Positions 12,001 through 24,487 of a stretch of DNA of 64,000 bases are shown in pieces. Below the pieces are notes generated by a model. It was not told the DNA's origin. It was given only the letters and a program-made list of their open reading frames with translations, and searched no databases. The number at the start of each line of letters is the position of its first letter. Positions within the stretch are counted from its first letter, which is position 1. The DNA is taken from NCBI GenBank assembly GCA_051294375.1, contig CM119269.1, positions 13,052,790 to 13,116,789 on the forward strand, in the 5' to 3' direction. The position numbers and the translations under genes were made by a program. This DNA is from Paraspadella gotoi (lineage: Eukaryota; Animalia; Chaetognatha).

Positions 12001-15000
12001 CGCGCACAAACAAAGGATGGCCCTCATCAAGAAAACTCTCAAAAAGTTTGACCTTCGTTTCCTTCATTTCATTCTCGAGAATTCGGGGCCTCATTTCCAC
12101 TTCCTTTTTCGTTATCATTCAACCACCTTCACCCTCTCCCTTCCTCACCTTCGTTTACTTATCTTGTTTTTAAAGTTTGAAATTTTTTTATCTTCATTTA
12201 CCCCCCACCCCCCTCCCGTCGTTTCATAAAGAAACATTCAAATTTAGTTCCCACATTCATTGATTTCAAAAATAATCTCGCAACATTTCAGCTAAAAAAT
12301 TAAACAAATAAAAAGTAAAAATTGCGATATGTCGTTGGCCGGGCTTCGATCCTTCGCTCTGTCGTCGTCCTGGCGTCGGACATCGACTTTTCAACGACAA
12401 ACAAATCTCAATTGCAATCCTTCGCCACGGGTCCACGTCTCCCATCGGCTTCATCGGTCTTGCAACATGGGTATCAACATGGCGCGAAACCTGGCCAAGG
12501 AGGGACACCCCATCACCGTTTACGATCTTAACGATGAAGCCGTCAAGGTGGGAGTAGGTTCGTAGTTCTTATTCTCACGAGGCCGTTCTTTTCGATGAAG
12601 CCCATTAAGGTGGGAGTAGGTTCGTAGTTCTTATTCTCACGAGGCCGTTCTTTTCGATGAAGCTGTCAAGGTGGGAGTAGGTTCGTAGTTCTTATTCTCA
12701 CGAGGCCGTTGTTTTCCTTGTGTTTCTGGAGTTAGTCTGTCTCGATATGTGCGATTAGAGTGGGAGTCAAGTCTTGAGTGGTGGTCTTGGTAAAATGTTG
12801 AAAGATATGAAAAAACCGAAATACTATATGTAAATAAAAGTATATTATTACCTAAAGGTTTGATTTAAAAATAACATAAGTTAAACAAAAGTACTACATT
12901 AAACATTTACTCACCGATTCAATCCCCAAAATTGTTTTCCAGACTCTAAAGAGTGAGCAGAAGGACTTGGTAACGGCGGTGTCGAGCCCAGCCGAAGTCG
13001 CCGCCGCGGTCGACACCATCATCACGGCTTTGCCCGCCGCGCCCCAGGTGCAAGAAGTCTATTGCGGCAAAAATGGAATTTTTCCACGGTTAACGCAGGT
13101 GCGATGCTCATAGACGCAAGTACTATCGACCCAGCCACCAGTCTGGAGATGTCGCAGCGAGCCATCGAAAAACACGCAGTTTACATCGTGAGTCCATAAA
13201 ATTGTTTACCGTCAACCGTTTTTCGAATCTTCTCTAATATTTGTTCTTATTTGACAATTATCTTCTCTTTCTCTTTCATTACAAAATACGAAAAATACAT
13301 CACAAAATAATTGGGGGATAAAAAAATCACAGTAACATATTATACATGCATACTGATTTTCAAATCCGCTCACTCGTCCTTAGGATTCCCCGATGTCGGG
13401 CGGAGTTGTCAAAGCCAAATCGGGGGAACTCTCCTTCATGGTCGGCGCCTCCGAGGAAGAGTTCGTCGCCGCCAAAGAGATTCTCGAATGCATGGGCACG
13501 AACATCATCCATTGCGGTTCGGTACGATTCGAGATCACTTTACTGCCACTCTTTTCTCATGACCTACATGTTATTATTCTCCCGCCTCCTGCTCCATGTG
13601 CTCGATGTGATGTAATAGGAAATCTGTAATTCTGAATGGAATTATGATTCTTATCGAAACCCCCCCCACATTAGCCTTTTGTCTCCCCAAAAAGGCGAGA
13701 CACCGCGCTGTGACCAGACGTGTGAAACAGAAACAAAAGTCAAACGAAAAAATACTCTCCCGGCCTCAGCAGCAGCAGAGCTGCTGCAGGGCCCAGTCCC
13801 GACGCTGCATCACTCTGTCGAAGTGCTGCTGAGCCGGGGGACGCGTCACTAGTCCCGAGAAACGCCAAACGAAGCGCCCCATGAGACGTCCCTGCAGTAA
13901 AACCGGAAGAAGGTCTGATCTCCGGACCAGTCTCCGACCCTGAGAATGACGCCGAGATCGACGCCGCGGGCGAAGGCTTCCGAGACCGCCATGGCACGAG
14001 TAGATCCTGGCGGAGCGTCGACATTCGCCTCCAAAAAGAGCGCCTTTAGGATCGCCGCAAACCGTTGAGGCGAAAACGGAGTAAAGGGCGGCGAAGGGGC
14101 GCAGAAAAGGAAACGTGAGACGGCGCTAAACATTCGCGGACTCGAAGCCACTCCCTCAGAGCCGCAATGGGGCAACGCGATGACGCCGGCAGGGCGTCCA
14201 CCCTGAAGGACGGGCCCATGTGCCCAACGCGATCTGTCTTGAAAGCTTGGACGAAACAAAACGCCCATGATCCGCGGCGAGCGAGCAGTGGGCTTGATCA
14301 CACTTGAGCGAAAACTATCTCGACGGCCTCCTGGCCGAAGCGAGTGCCAAAAGAAAAAAGAGAGCGCCGAAGAACGTGAGCGGAGACGGCGGGAGGGCGA
14401 CGACGTCCAAAACGCGTAGAACCAACGCCGCATCCCACGGAGGAAACATCCGGCGAGTAGGGGGACTCCGCTCGAAGGTCCCCTTGAGAAAACGTCGACG
14501 AGGGGGTGTTCCCCCACCGAGTACGAACCCTGTGCCGGCAAGGTGGCCGAAATCGCTGAGCGGTGAAGGTTCACCGTGCTGTACGACAAGCCTAACCCAA
14601 CGAGATGGGCTAGGTACTCCCGAACATCCTTCAGAGACGCATCAAGTCCTCGAACTTCCTTACATTGAAGGAAAGAGCAGAGGAGGTCCAGGCTCGAGCG
14701 TAACGAATCTCGCGTCGAGCCTCTCCAGCTGTCGGCGATGATGTCGAAGGCCGAGTCGCTGAGGTCGTCGAGGTCGTTCGCCCGCCGAAAATCTGCCAAA
14801 CGACCAGCTTGAGACGGTTTAACTTGCATCATTTTTCTGCTTTCATCATTTTTTCAATTTGCATAATTTTTTTTAAATTCCATCATTTTTTCACACTAAT
14901 TAATTAATTAATTAATTAATTAAAACATTTATTAGTAATCATAAATTAGTAATCATAAATAATAAAGATTCAAGTAAATCTGACTTATGTTTTTTCCATT

Positions 15001-16720
15001 TAAACTCATTTCCACTGGCACAATTCCGTCAAAACTTTATATCTAGCTTTTTCACACACTTTCCTACCCGCTCACAAAATTTCATCTCAATCTATTATGG
15101 GTTAAAATAAGTAAAAAGATTCAAGTAAATGTGACTCATATTTTTTTCATTTAAACTCATTTTCACTCGTACGTTTCCACCGAAACTTTATATCAAGCAT
15201 TGTTACACATTTTTATACCCACACATAAAATTTGAACTCAATCTATCCATCCAATTATGATTAATTAGAGTACTTATTGGTTAAAATAAGTAAAAATATT
15301 TTAGTCAATGCGACTTATGTTTTTTCCACTTAAACTCATTTCCACTCACACGATTCCGTCGAAACTTTATATCCAGCTTTATCACACACTTTCCTACCCA
15401 CACACAAAATTTAATTTCAATCCAACCAGCCAATCACGAGTTATTGGAGCTTTTTGCTAAGGTGGAACGGATGGATGGATTGATTGACTGATTAATTAAT
15501 TATTGATTAATTAATTGACTAATTGATTAATTAACTGATTAATTATTTGATTTATTAATACATCCTGCATATACATTTAATATAAAGGGAAAAAGAATCA
15601 TAATCAATTAGTGAAACAGGTTTTTTGTTTTTTTTCTATTTAAACTCATTTCCACTCAAAAGATTCCATCGAAACTTGGTTTCCTGTTCAATCACACACT
15701 TTTCTACTCACATACAAAATTCCAGGTCAATCGATAATTAAGTGGTAATAAGCTAACTTGGTCAACTTGCATAATTTGGTCAACTGACATAATTTGGTCA
15801 ACTGACATAATTTGATCAATTAAGATAATTTTGTCAGCCGGCATAATTTGGTCAACTGGCCTAATTTGGTCAACTGGCATAATTTTCTCAACAGGCATAA
15901 TTTGGTCAACTTGCAGAACTTGATCAATTTGCAGAATTTGGTCAACTGGCCTAATTTGGTCAACTGGCATAATTTTCTCAACAGGCATAATTTGGTCAAC
16001 TTGCAGAACTTGATCAATTTGCAGAATTTGGTCAACTGGCATATTTTTGTCAATTGGCATAATTTGGTCAATCAATCAATCAATCAATCAATCTGAGAGA
16101 GATAGAGAGAGAGAAACTTTAAAAAATTCAAATAAATGTGTCTTTTGGTTTTCTAATTTGAACTCTTTTCCACTCCTACGATTCCATCAAAAAATTTATA
16201 TCCAGCTTTATCACATACTTTCCTACCCACACACAAAATTCAATTTCGATTTATCTATCCAATTTTTAATAAACATAATAATTATGAGTAAATTTAAGTA
16301 GAAATGACTTTTGTTTTTTCCATTTTAACTCATTTCCACTCGCACGATTCCATCGAAACTTTATATCCAGCTAAATCACACACTTTCCTACCATCATACA
16401 AAATTTCAAGTCAATTGCCCTATCCACTCATGAGCAATTGGCGTTCAAATAGTGAAATATATTTTTTGTTTTTTCCATTTAAACCAATTTCTACTCGCAC
16501 GATTCCCTCGAAACTTCATATCCATCTCAATCACACAGTTTCCTACCCACACACAAAATTTCATACCAATCCATCCATCCAATCACGAGTAATTGGAGTT
16601 TTTTGCTAAGGTGGGACGGACGGACGGACGGACATCGTTTTTTTTGCATAATTATCATTCATCAGTTTAAAATTTTTCTTATTGTTATACATTACACAAT
16701 GTAAAGATTTTGCACTGTTT

Positions 16721-16751
<31 letters not shown>

Positions 16752-17745
16752 CACCATTTCACTTCTTTTCACAACTTACTCTGTCTTTTTCTCAACTTCA
16801 GCCTGTCCTCACCAATTGACCACTGTCCTTTCTAAACTCTGTGTTGGAAACTTTGCCCTCTCTCTCTCTCTCTCTCTGTTTATCTCTCTTTCTCTCTTCC
16901 TTTACACAAAAATATTTTCAAAGTTCACTAATGCTGATGAAGGCTTGAAATGAAGCCGAAACATGTCTGTTTTTGAATTAAATAAAATCGTTGTCAAAAC
17001 TAAACTCAAACTGTCTCTAATCGTCCCAAACAACGAAAAGAAAGGATTTATATCACAATCATAATTAATCATAATTCGATATTCTGACATGATATAAGTG
17101 TGTGCCCGACAATATTGAGGGGACGGACCGACAAAGTGAGTTATAGAGTCGGGATCTGCTGATAAGCAGATCCGACTAAAAATGTTCTTGTAGAATTATG
17201 CTCGATCTGCAGCAAAAGGTAAGGACGGCCAAAGGCATCATTATTTATTTAAAATGCTTAGAATAAGGAACTGAGAAAATAGATCATAATGTAAAACCCC
17301 GACACTGGCTGATCAATAATTATATCACGTGATCTGTATAAGAAAAGAGAAGGGTTAATACAAAATAACAAATGATGATTAATAGTAATTAATCATAATC
17401 ATACGTAAAGTTTTATTAATTATACACAGACTACACAGACGAAATAAGTTTATTTCCACTCCACGTTTGGCGGAAGTTTATGTCCAACAATGTAACCAAT
17501 ATAAACGAATCCAGGTGGCGGACGATTTCATCGAAAACATCGTGACGTCCGGATGCATGATGGCCAAGCACCGCAAGTCCTCCACCTTGGAGGCCAAGGA
17601 CGTTCAACTTCACCTCCAGCGAAACTGGAACATGTGGATCCCGGGATTCGGCGGTGAGGAGATGCGCCCTTACCGGCGACCGCCCATCACCGACGCGCAC
17701 AAACAAAGGATGGCCCTCATCAAGAAAACTCTCAAAAAGTTTTGA
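7690..17745 (+). CDS. TAF12: TFIID subunit TAF12 (histone-fold); exons 7690-7834, 7926-8155 and intact last exon 17515-17745
   Basis: LLSRNRLQDLVKEVDPSEVLDEDVEEVLLQ|VADDFIENIVTSGCMMAKHRKSSTLEAKDVQLHLQRNWNMWIPGFG...DAHKQRMALIKKT is the TAF12 histone fold and C-terminus. N-terminus is Q/H-rich. The real intron 2 is probably ~3.7 kb if the duplication is an artefact. Confidence 0.92.
8944..8968. other. Assembly gap (25 N) in a (CT)n tract; other gaps at 41853-41862 and 44875-44899
   Basis: Runs of N. Confidence 0.99.
10055..10365. repeat. 18-bp minisatellite (aatttggtcaactggcat)n
   Basis: About 17 imperfect units. They produce spurious VDQIMP / LVNWHN ORFs on both strands. Confidence 0.9.
11819..12052 (+). 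pseudogene. TAF12: Frameshifted duplicate of TAF12 last exon
   Basis: Matches 17515-17745 except for 1-bp indels (gtgggcgg vs gtggcgg; gagattgcgccctt vs gagatgcgccct). Probably consensus error in a duplicated haplotype. Confidence 0.75.
12329..13521 (+). pseudogene. HIBADH: Truncated, frameshifted duplicate of HIBADH exons 1-3, interrupted by the DIRS fragment
   Basis: Matches 18023-19218 with 1-bp deletions (e.g. ggtcttgcaac vs ggtcttggcaac). Exons 4-5 are absent. Confidence 0.75.
13624..14817 (-). mobile_element. DIRS-type tyrosine-recombinase retrotransposon, 3' fragment (YR ORF with frameshifts plus terminus)
   Basis: GC-rich island. Minus-strand translation across frames gives SWRGSTR..., LSYSTVNLHRSAIS, GEHPLV/RRFLKGTFERSPP...WDAALVL, FLLALASARRPS (catalytic Arg box), RCPIAALREW and PPGSTRAMAVSEAFARGV...GDWSGDQTFFRFY (catalytic Tyr). 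These are typical DIRS YR motifs. Confidence 0.85.
15755..16072. repeat. 18-bp minisatellite (aatttggtcaactggcat)n, duplicate copy
   Basis: Same unit as 10055-10365. Confidence 0.9.
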
Positions 17746-18022
17746 CCTTCGTTTCCTTCATTTCATTCTCGAGAATTCGGGGCCTCATTTCCACTTCCTT
17801 TTTCGTTATCATTCAACCACCTTCACCCTCTCCCTTCCTCACCTTCGTTTACTTATCTTGTTTTTAAAGTTTGAAATTTTTTTATCTTCATTTACCCCCC
17901 ACCCCCCTCCCGTCGTTTCATAAAGAAACATTCAAATTTAGGTTCCCACATTCATTGATTTCAAAAATAATCTCGCAACATTTCAGCTAAAAAATTAAAC
18001 AAATAAAAAGTAAAATTGCGAT

Positions 18023-19891
18023 ATGTCGTTGGCCGGGCTTCGATCCTTCGCTCTGTCGTCGTCCTGGCGTCGGACATCGACTTTTCAACGACAAACAAAT
18101 CTCCAATTGCAAATCCTTCGCCACGGGTCCACGTCTCCCATCGGCTTCATCGGTCTTGGCAACATGGGTATCAACATGGCGCGAAACCTGGCCAAGGAGG
18201 GACACCCCATCACCGTTTACGATCTTAACGATGAAGCCGTCAAGGTGGGAGTAGGTTCGTAGTTCTTATTCTCACGAGGCCGTTCTTTTCGATGAAGCCA
18301 TTAAGGTGGGAGTAGGTTCGTAGTTCTTATTCTCACGAGGCCGTTCTTTTCGATGAAGCTGTCAAGGTGGGAGTAGGTTCGTAGTTCTTATTCTCACGAG
18401 GCCGTTGTTTTCCTTGTGTTTCTGGAGTTAGTCTGTCTCGATATGTGCGATTAGAGTGGGAGTCAAGTCTTGAGTGGTGGTCTTGGTAAAATGTTGAAAG
18501 ATATGAAAAAACCGAATACTATATGTAAATAAAAGTATATTATTACCTAAAGGTTTGATTTAAAAATAACATAAGTTAAACAAAAGTACTACATTAAACA
18601 TTTACTCACCGATTCAATCCCCAAAATTGTTTTCCAGACTCTAAAGAGTGAGCAGAAGGACTTGGTAACGGCGGTGTCGAGCCCAGCCGAAGTCGCCGCC
18701 GCGGTCGACACCATCATCACGGCTTTGCCCGCCGCGCCCCAGGTGCAAGAAGTCTATTGCGGCAAAAATGGAATTTTTTCCACGGTTAACGCAGGTGCGA
18801 TGCTCATAGACGCAAGTACTATCGACCCAGCCACCAGTCTGGAGATGTCGCAGCGAGCCATCGAAAAACACGCAGTTTACATCGTGAGTCCATAAAATTG
18901 TTTACCGTCAACCGTTTTTCGAATCTTCTCTAATATTTGTTCTTATTTGACAATTATCTTCTCTTTCTCTTTCCATTACAAAATACGAAAAATACATCAC
19001 AAAATAATTGGGGGATAAAAAAATCACAGTAACATATTATACATGCATACTGATTTTCAAATCCGCTCACTCGTCCTTAGGATTCCCCGATGTCGGGCGG
19101 AGTTGTCAAAGCCAAATCGGGGGAACTCTCCTTCATGGTCGGCGCCTCCGAGGAAGAGTTCGTCGCCGCCAAAGAGATTCTCGAATGCATGGGCACGAAC
19201 ATCATCCATTGCGGTTCGGTACGATTCGAGATCACTTTACTGCCACTCTTTTCTCATGACCTAACATGTTATTATTCTCCCCGCCTCCTGCTCCATTGTG
19301 CTCGATGTGATGTAATAGGAAATTCATTTGTACGAGATAAAGTCCTTTTATGTAGTTTTAGTTCATTCCCGCTTCCCAATCAGGTCAGCGCCGGACAAGC
19401 GGCCAAAATATGCAATAACATGCTGCTGGCGATCTGCATGATCGGAACATCGGAGACGATGAATTTAGGAATGCAGCTCGGTCTAGATCCGAAAGTTCTT
19501 GCTCACGTCCTTAATACCAGCTCCGGCTCTAATTGGGCATGCTCTGTGAGTGTTTTTAAAATTTTGGAAAAAAAATCTATGGAAAAGAATGCATATTTTT
19601 TGTTTTCAATAATTTTTATTCTTTGCTCTTTTATTTTTAAAATTTCGGTAGATCTACAATCCAGTGCCGGGCGTGAAAGACGGAACGCCCTCTTGTAACG
19701 ATTATCGTGGAGGCTTTGGAACCGCGCTGATGACAAAAGATCTGGGGTTGGTTCAGTCAGCCGCAACGGGAGCCAAGGTCCCCATACCCCTTGGCTCACT
19801 CGCCCATCAAATATACCGACTTCTCACCAACTCTGGCATGGGTGGAAAAGACTTCTCTTACGTTTATCAATTCATTAAAGACATGAAGTGA
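18023..19891 (+). CDS. HIBADH: 3-hydroxyisobutyrate dehydrogenase, mitochondrial
   Basis: Exons 18023-18244, 18638-18883, 19081-19218, 19384-19545 and 19652-19891 join in frame. Arg/Ser-rich presequence, [13 protein letters not shown]-binding motif, [25 protein letters not shown] (catalytic Lys), YNPVPGV and [14 protein letters not shown]. Confidence 0.95.
18230..18410 (+). repeat. Three tandem 61-bp units spanning the HIBADH exon 1 donor site
   Basis: gatgaagc...aagGTGGGAGTAGGTTCGTAGTTCTTATTCTCACGAGGCCGTT starts at 18230, 18291 and 18352. Also present at ~12533-12715. Confidence 0.9.
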
Positions 19892-20765
19892 ACTTTTTGA
19901 AGAAGCGCATGGTATAATAAAGTAGAAAAGGGAGGGTGGGGACGCCTATTCATTCCTGTTCATTCGTGATCACTTTTAAAAGAACTTTTTAGTTTCGCCT
20001 TCAAGAGTCGTCAATCGACTACTATAATCACGATGTAATTTTATGTTTTTGGCGGCCAATTTCTTGTCTCTTTGAATAAAGTAACGTTTTATATTAGGCC
20101 ATTAAAATAAAAAGATCTCATGAATATGCTTGCGTTCGAATTATTCAGCCAGATGGAATAATACTTTATTTTCACGATATTTCCACTATAGGCACTACGC
20201 TTTTTTCTCCATTGTATTCTGTGCTTGATCTTTGGAAAAATGTGATCATCTTTTCTCCATCCCCCGAATTCTTTTACCAAAAAAACAAAAAAAACTTATC
20301 ATTTCCGCGCATTTTCGCGGGTTCATAAATGTTAACGTAAACAATCAAAAAGAAAAGCGAAACGATCCATTTAAATTTTCGAATCTCAGTCACCATTAAA
20401 TCCTCTAAGGCAGACTTGTCCATCTTTTTTAAATGGAATCGATGTCAATATTCACGCATATTAAATGTTAGGTTAAATTTCGCGTCGCAGTTTATCTGAG
20501 AGTTAACCCAATCTTGGATTTCCAATCTCCGGTCTCCAGCAGCCGATCGCTCCGAGTGCTCTTGTAGTGGTGGGCGGATTTTGTGATTCGGGTGAATAAT
20601 GACTCAATTGGAAATATTTTTGTGAAGCGGAGTAAAACAAACATTGACACTTATTAACCCTTATTTGTTTTTTACTTAAATCTTTTTAACTTCAAATGAA
20701 TTCGTCTCTCTTTTAATATTAATTTAAAAAAGTTGACGACTAGAAAGACTAGAAAAAAAAAAACA

Positions 20766-23700
20766 ATGGGGGATCGCGACTACGTCCTCCCGGCCGCCAC
20801 GGTCCGCAACCTCAACGACAAACTTTACGAGAAGCGAAAGGCCGCCGCACTGGAGATCGAACGCATGGTCAAGGATTACCATTCCACTCAGAGCTGGGAC
20901 AAGGTGGAAGGCTTGCTCCGCTCCTTGGCTCAGGACTTTGCCATGTCGGCCAATCCCCACTCTCGCAAAGGCGGCCTCATTGGCCTGGCCGCGACGGCCA
21001 TCGCCCTCGGCCGCGACTGCCACGCCTACGCCGGCCAGCTCGTCTCCCCAGTGCTGGCCTGCTTCGGCGACCCGGACTCTCGCGTGAGATATTACGCCTG
21101 CGAGGCGCTTTACAACATCGTCAAGGTGGCGCGGTCGTCAGTCCTGGCGCACTTTAACGATATCTTCGACAGTTTGAGCAAACTCGCCGCCGACACGGAC
21201 CAGAACGTGAAGAATGGATCGGAACTCTTGGACAGATTGATCAAGGACATCGTTTCCGAGTCGAATCAGTTCGACCTGGTCGCCTTCGTGCCTCTGCTGA
21301 GGGAACGCATTTATACGGAGCATCCCAGCGCAAGAAGATTCGTCGTTTCGTGGATTGACATGTTAGCGTCGGTGCCGGATATCGAAATGCTTAATTACTT
21401 GCCGGGTGAGCTGGGATTTGGGCGAAATTAAGTAAAAACTTTTAATAACTTTTAATTGATATTTGGTCAAATTTATTATTGTTTGATAACGTCAAAGTTT
21501 GTTAATATTTATCTACATTTATTAACTTTTCAACATTTCCACCTAAACCCAAGAGGAGATCGTGCGACCTAAAACGGCCGCTGCCATCTATTGTTACAGT
21601 TTATAAATGTCTTATAAGTTATAACGTTTGATGACTTTTTTTATCGTTTGATAATGTTTAATAACAGAGTTGTTGGACGGACTTTTCGTGATTCTTTCTG
21701 ACCCCAACGTTGAGATTCGTCGATCGACGGAGGCCGTCCTCGGAGAATTCCTCAAAGAGATTTCAGAAAATCCGCATAAAGTCGACTTCGCCGCGATGGT
21801 CAACATCCTCATTCAACACAGTCAGCCTAACAAGGTGAGGGAGGAAAGAAGAACAACGAACAGAACCGAGTTGGACACGAACTTTTCCTGCGCCTCCCCT
21901 CCAGTTCACCGCCGTCATTTGGCTCAAAGTCTTCGTCATTTTGTCGGGCCGAACCATGCTGCCCTTCGTGGCGGGCATCTTGACGGCGGTCTTGCCCTGC
22001 CTCGCTTACGAGGACGAGAAGCGGAAGCCGATTCGCGACGCGGCGCATCAAACCAACAAAGAGTTGATGGGGCTCATCAGCACCGATGACGACATTGACC
22101 CAGCGACCATCAAAAAAAGAGTCCCGACTGCGCAGGTTCAAAGTTTTGGTTTTGAATTATATTGAGGATTTTACCGTAACGCCGTGAGCGAGCTCGTGTA
22201 TTCTAACTAAATTTAGTAAAATTTATTTTAGTAGACTTAACATGAGCGTGAGACGTGAAGCAAGTAGAAGATATACAAAAAAAAGAACTTATTAAAAATA
22301 GTCAACTTCAAGTTTAACCATAAAATTACAAAATATAATTTAAAATGCTTACCGACTGTCACGAATCATTGGTAACTTATCCTAACAGTTTTTGGCTAAG
22401 GTACAATCATAAGGACTAACCAATCAGAGAGCGACGTTTAAAATACTTGATCAATCAGATACTTCGTAAGCGACAAAAAATACGAAAAAAATACTATCTC
22501 GTAACAAATAAAAATTTAACAAATTAGCTTTCCCTTGCATAAACATTTTCGATCATTCTCAAAGATATCGACAGAGTCGGACTCCAAGTCCTCCCCCGAT
22601 TCTCCGACGTTAGATTTGGCGCCTATCATCGCCGTTTTCAAGCGATACTTATCTAACGAAGCCATGCAAGTGAGTCTCGGTTCGAAAATCCCTCATTTTT
22701 TAAAGATATCCTTTCTTCTATTGTTCTCTCCTCTTCGTCCTCCAGACGCGATTGGCGATTCTCCGGTGGATCTTCCTCCTTCATCAGAAGACGCCTCACC
22801 TCCTCTTCCTCCACGTCGACGATCTCTTCCCCGTCTTGATGGAAACAATCAAGAACCGTTCGGACGAGGTCGTCCTCTTGGATCTCGAAGTCTTGGCGGA
22901 ACTCGCGTCTTCGCCGGTGGCGTCGGTGGTGGCGGCGGCGCGGGAAGAGTCGGCGGCGGCGGCAGCTGCGGCCGGTGATACCGGCGCCGTCAGCGGCGCG
23001 GCGACGACCACCCGTCCGGCCTCGAGTCGTGTCAACGCCTACTTCGACGTCTTCATGTCGAACCTTCTCGCTCTCTTCGCCGCCGATCGACAAATCCTCG
23101 AGGACAGAGGCGCTTTCGTCATTCGTCAACTCTGCCTCCTCATCAACAGCGAAGATATTTATAGATCCTTCTCCGACATTCTCCTCAAAGAAAAGGTTCG
23201 GTTTCAAAAATTTGCCGTTTTTATTGTAACCTTTCTAAACAATCAGTTTTTTTTGTTTTTTTTGCAGGACACTAAGTTTGCCCACCACATGATTCAAACC
23301 TTGAACGCGATCCTCCTCACCTCCTCGGAACTTTTCGACCTCCGCAATCAACTCAAGGACCTGAAGACCAACGAAGCTCGGGACCTTTTTTGTTGCCTCT
23401 ACAGGTCCTGGTGTCACAATCCCGTCGCCACGGTTTCCATTTTGTTGCTATCGCAGGTAAGCTGTCAATAAACTCATCCGTATATCGGTCAAATTGTTTC
23501 ATTTTAAAGAAGTAGGTCACATATTTTTGTTTTTCCTCAGAATTATCAGCCGGCGTGTCAGCTCCTTCAAATGTTTGGTTCGATCGAGGTCACAGTTGAA
23601 TTCCTGACTGAAATCGACAAACTCGTCCAGCTGATCGAGAGTCCCATCTTCACTTTCCTCCGACTGCAGCTCTTGGATTCCAACTATAACTTTTACCTCA

Positions 23701-24127
23701 TTCGCGCGCTCTACGGAATCTTGATGCTATTGCCTCAGGTGAGTCCAGGAAATCATTGCTTCATTTGTCAATGCTTTTAACTTTTTTATGATCCTATTCT
23801 TGATTAGTGCTAAACTGTAATCCTCGAATTACACTATAAACCAACTTATTAGAACCGAATAGTTGATTTAATTAGCCTTTTTATTTATTCATACTTCAGA
23901 CGGACGCTTTCTTCACCCTCCAACGTCGACTGGAGTGCGTGCCGACGGCGGAGTCGCAGCTTCAGTTGGCGTCGAAGGAGCAGAAAGCCCCGCTCGGCGG
24001 AGGCGCCGGCCACGAAGTTGACTTTGATGCGCTGCTCAAACACTTCCAGGCGGTGCAGGATCGACATCTGGCGGCGAAGAAAGAACTCAAAAAAGGCCAG
24101 TTGGAAAAACTTATGCAGTCTGAGTGA
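20766..24127 (+). CDS. VAC14: VAC14 (PIKfyve/Fab1 complex HEAT-repeat scaffold)
   Basis: [92 protein letters not shown] and [10 protein letters not shown]. Approximate exons 20766-21405, 21668-21834, 21905-22135, 22565-22669, 22746-23195, 23268-23456, 23541-23738, 23900-24127. Confidence 0.95.
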
Positions 24128-24487
24128 CGACTTCGATCTATTTCAAATTGTTGATTTTCTCTTTCGAATTTAATTGTTAACCCAGTTTTATGAAAGGCGT
24201 ACTAAAAAGCCGGAAGCGGTTACATCTGTTGTTTTTAGAGGATGACTTAGGACCCCTCTAGGTCTATAACTTAGGTTCATGGTTGCAGCTTAAAAAAGCT
24301 TTTAAAGGTTTTGTTGTTATCTCGTTGATTATTACGTCGTTGGGTGATATTAATTAATTCCTGTTTACTAGTCATTTTTCTCTCGGGTCTTTACTTTTAA
24401 ATTTATTTTTAGATTTGTAAAAAAGTCAATCGTCATGACGTAAAATTAGACGACGACTTTTTCGCATTAAAACTTAAAAACGTCGCG

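Larger units (their letters stand above)
9124..13623 (+). repeat. Copy 1 of ~4.5-kb near-identical tandem duplication (copy 2 = ~14818-19323)
   Basis: Collinear and near-identical from tttaacttgcatc to tgtaataggaaat. Differences are mostly 1-bp indels. Confidence 0.93.
14818..19323 (+). repeat. Copy 2 (cleaner) of the ~4.5-kb duplication, including the partial HINE element ending ~17178
   Basis: Collinear with 9124-13623 and carries the intact TAF12 and HIBADH exons. Confidence 0.93.

Noticed and set aside
13849-14832. Phage integrase or bacterial contamination
   Set aside because: Motif spacing (HPLV..FLKG, PPWD, LALASARR, CPI.AL, W....TF.RFY) is that of DIRS retrotransposon recombinases, and there are no phage genes nearby.
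18230-18410. Possible CRISPR-like repeat array (also the ~160-bp units at 9280-10910)
   Set aside because: Units are contiguous tandem copies without unique spacers, there are no cas genes, and the context is a eukaryotic intron.
22910-23030. Ala-rich insertion in VAC14
   Set aside because: Falls in a low-complexity inter-repeat loop that is variable in VAC14 proteins, so it is ordinary.
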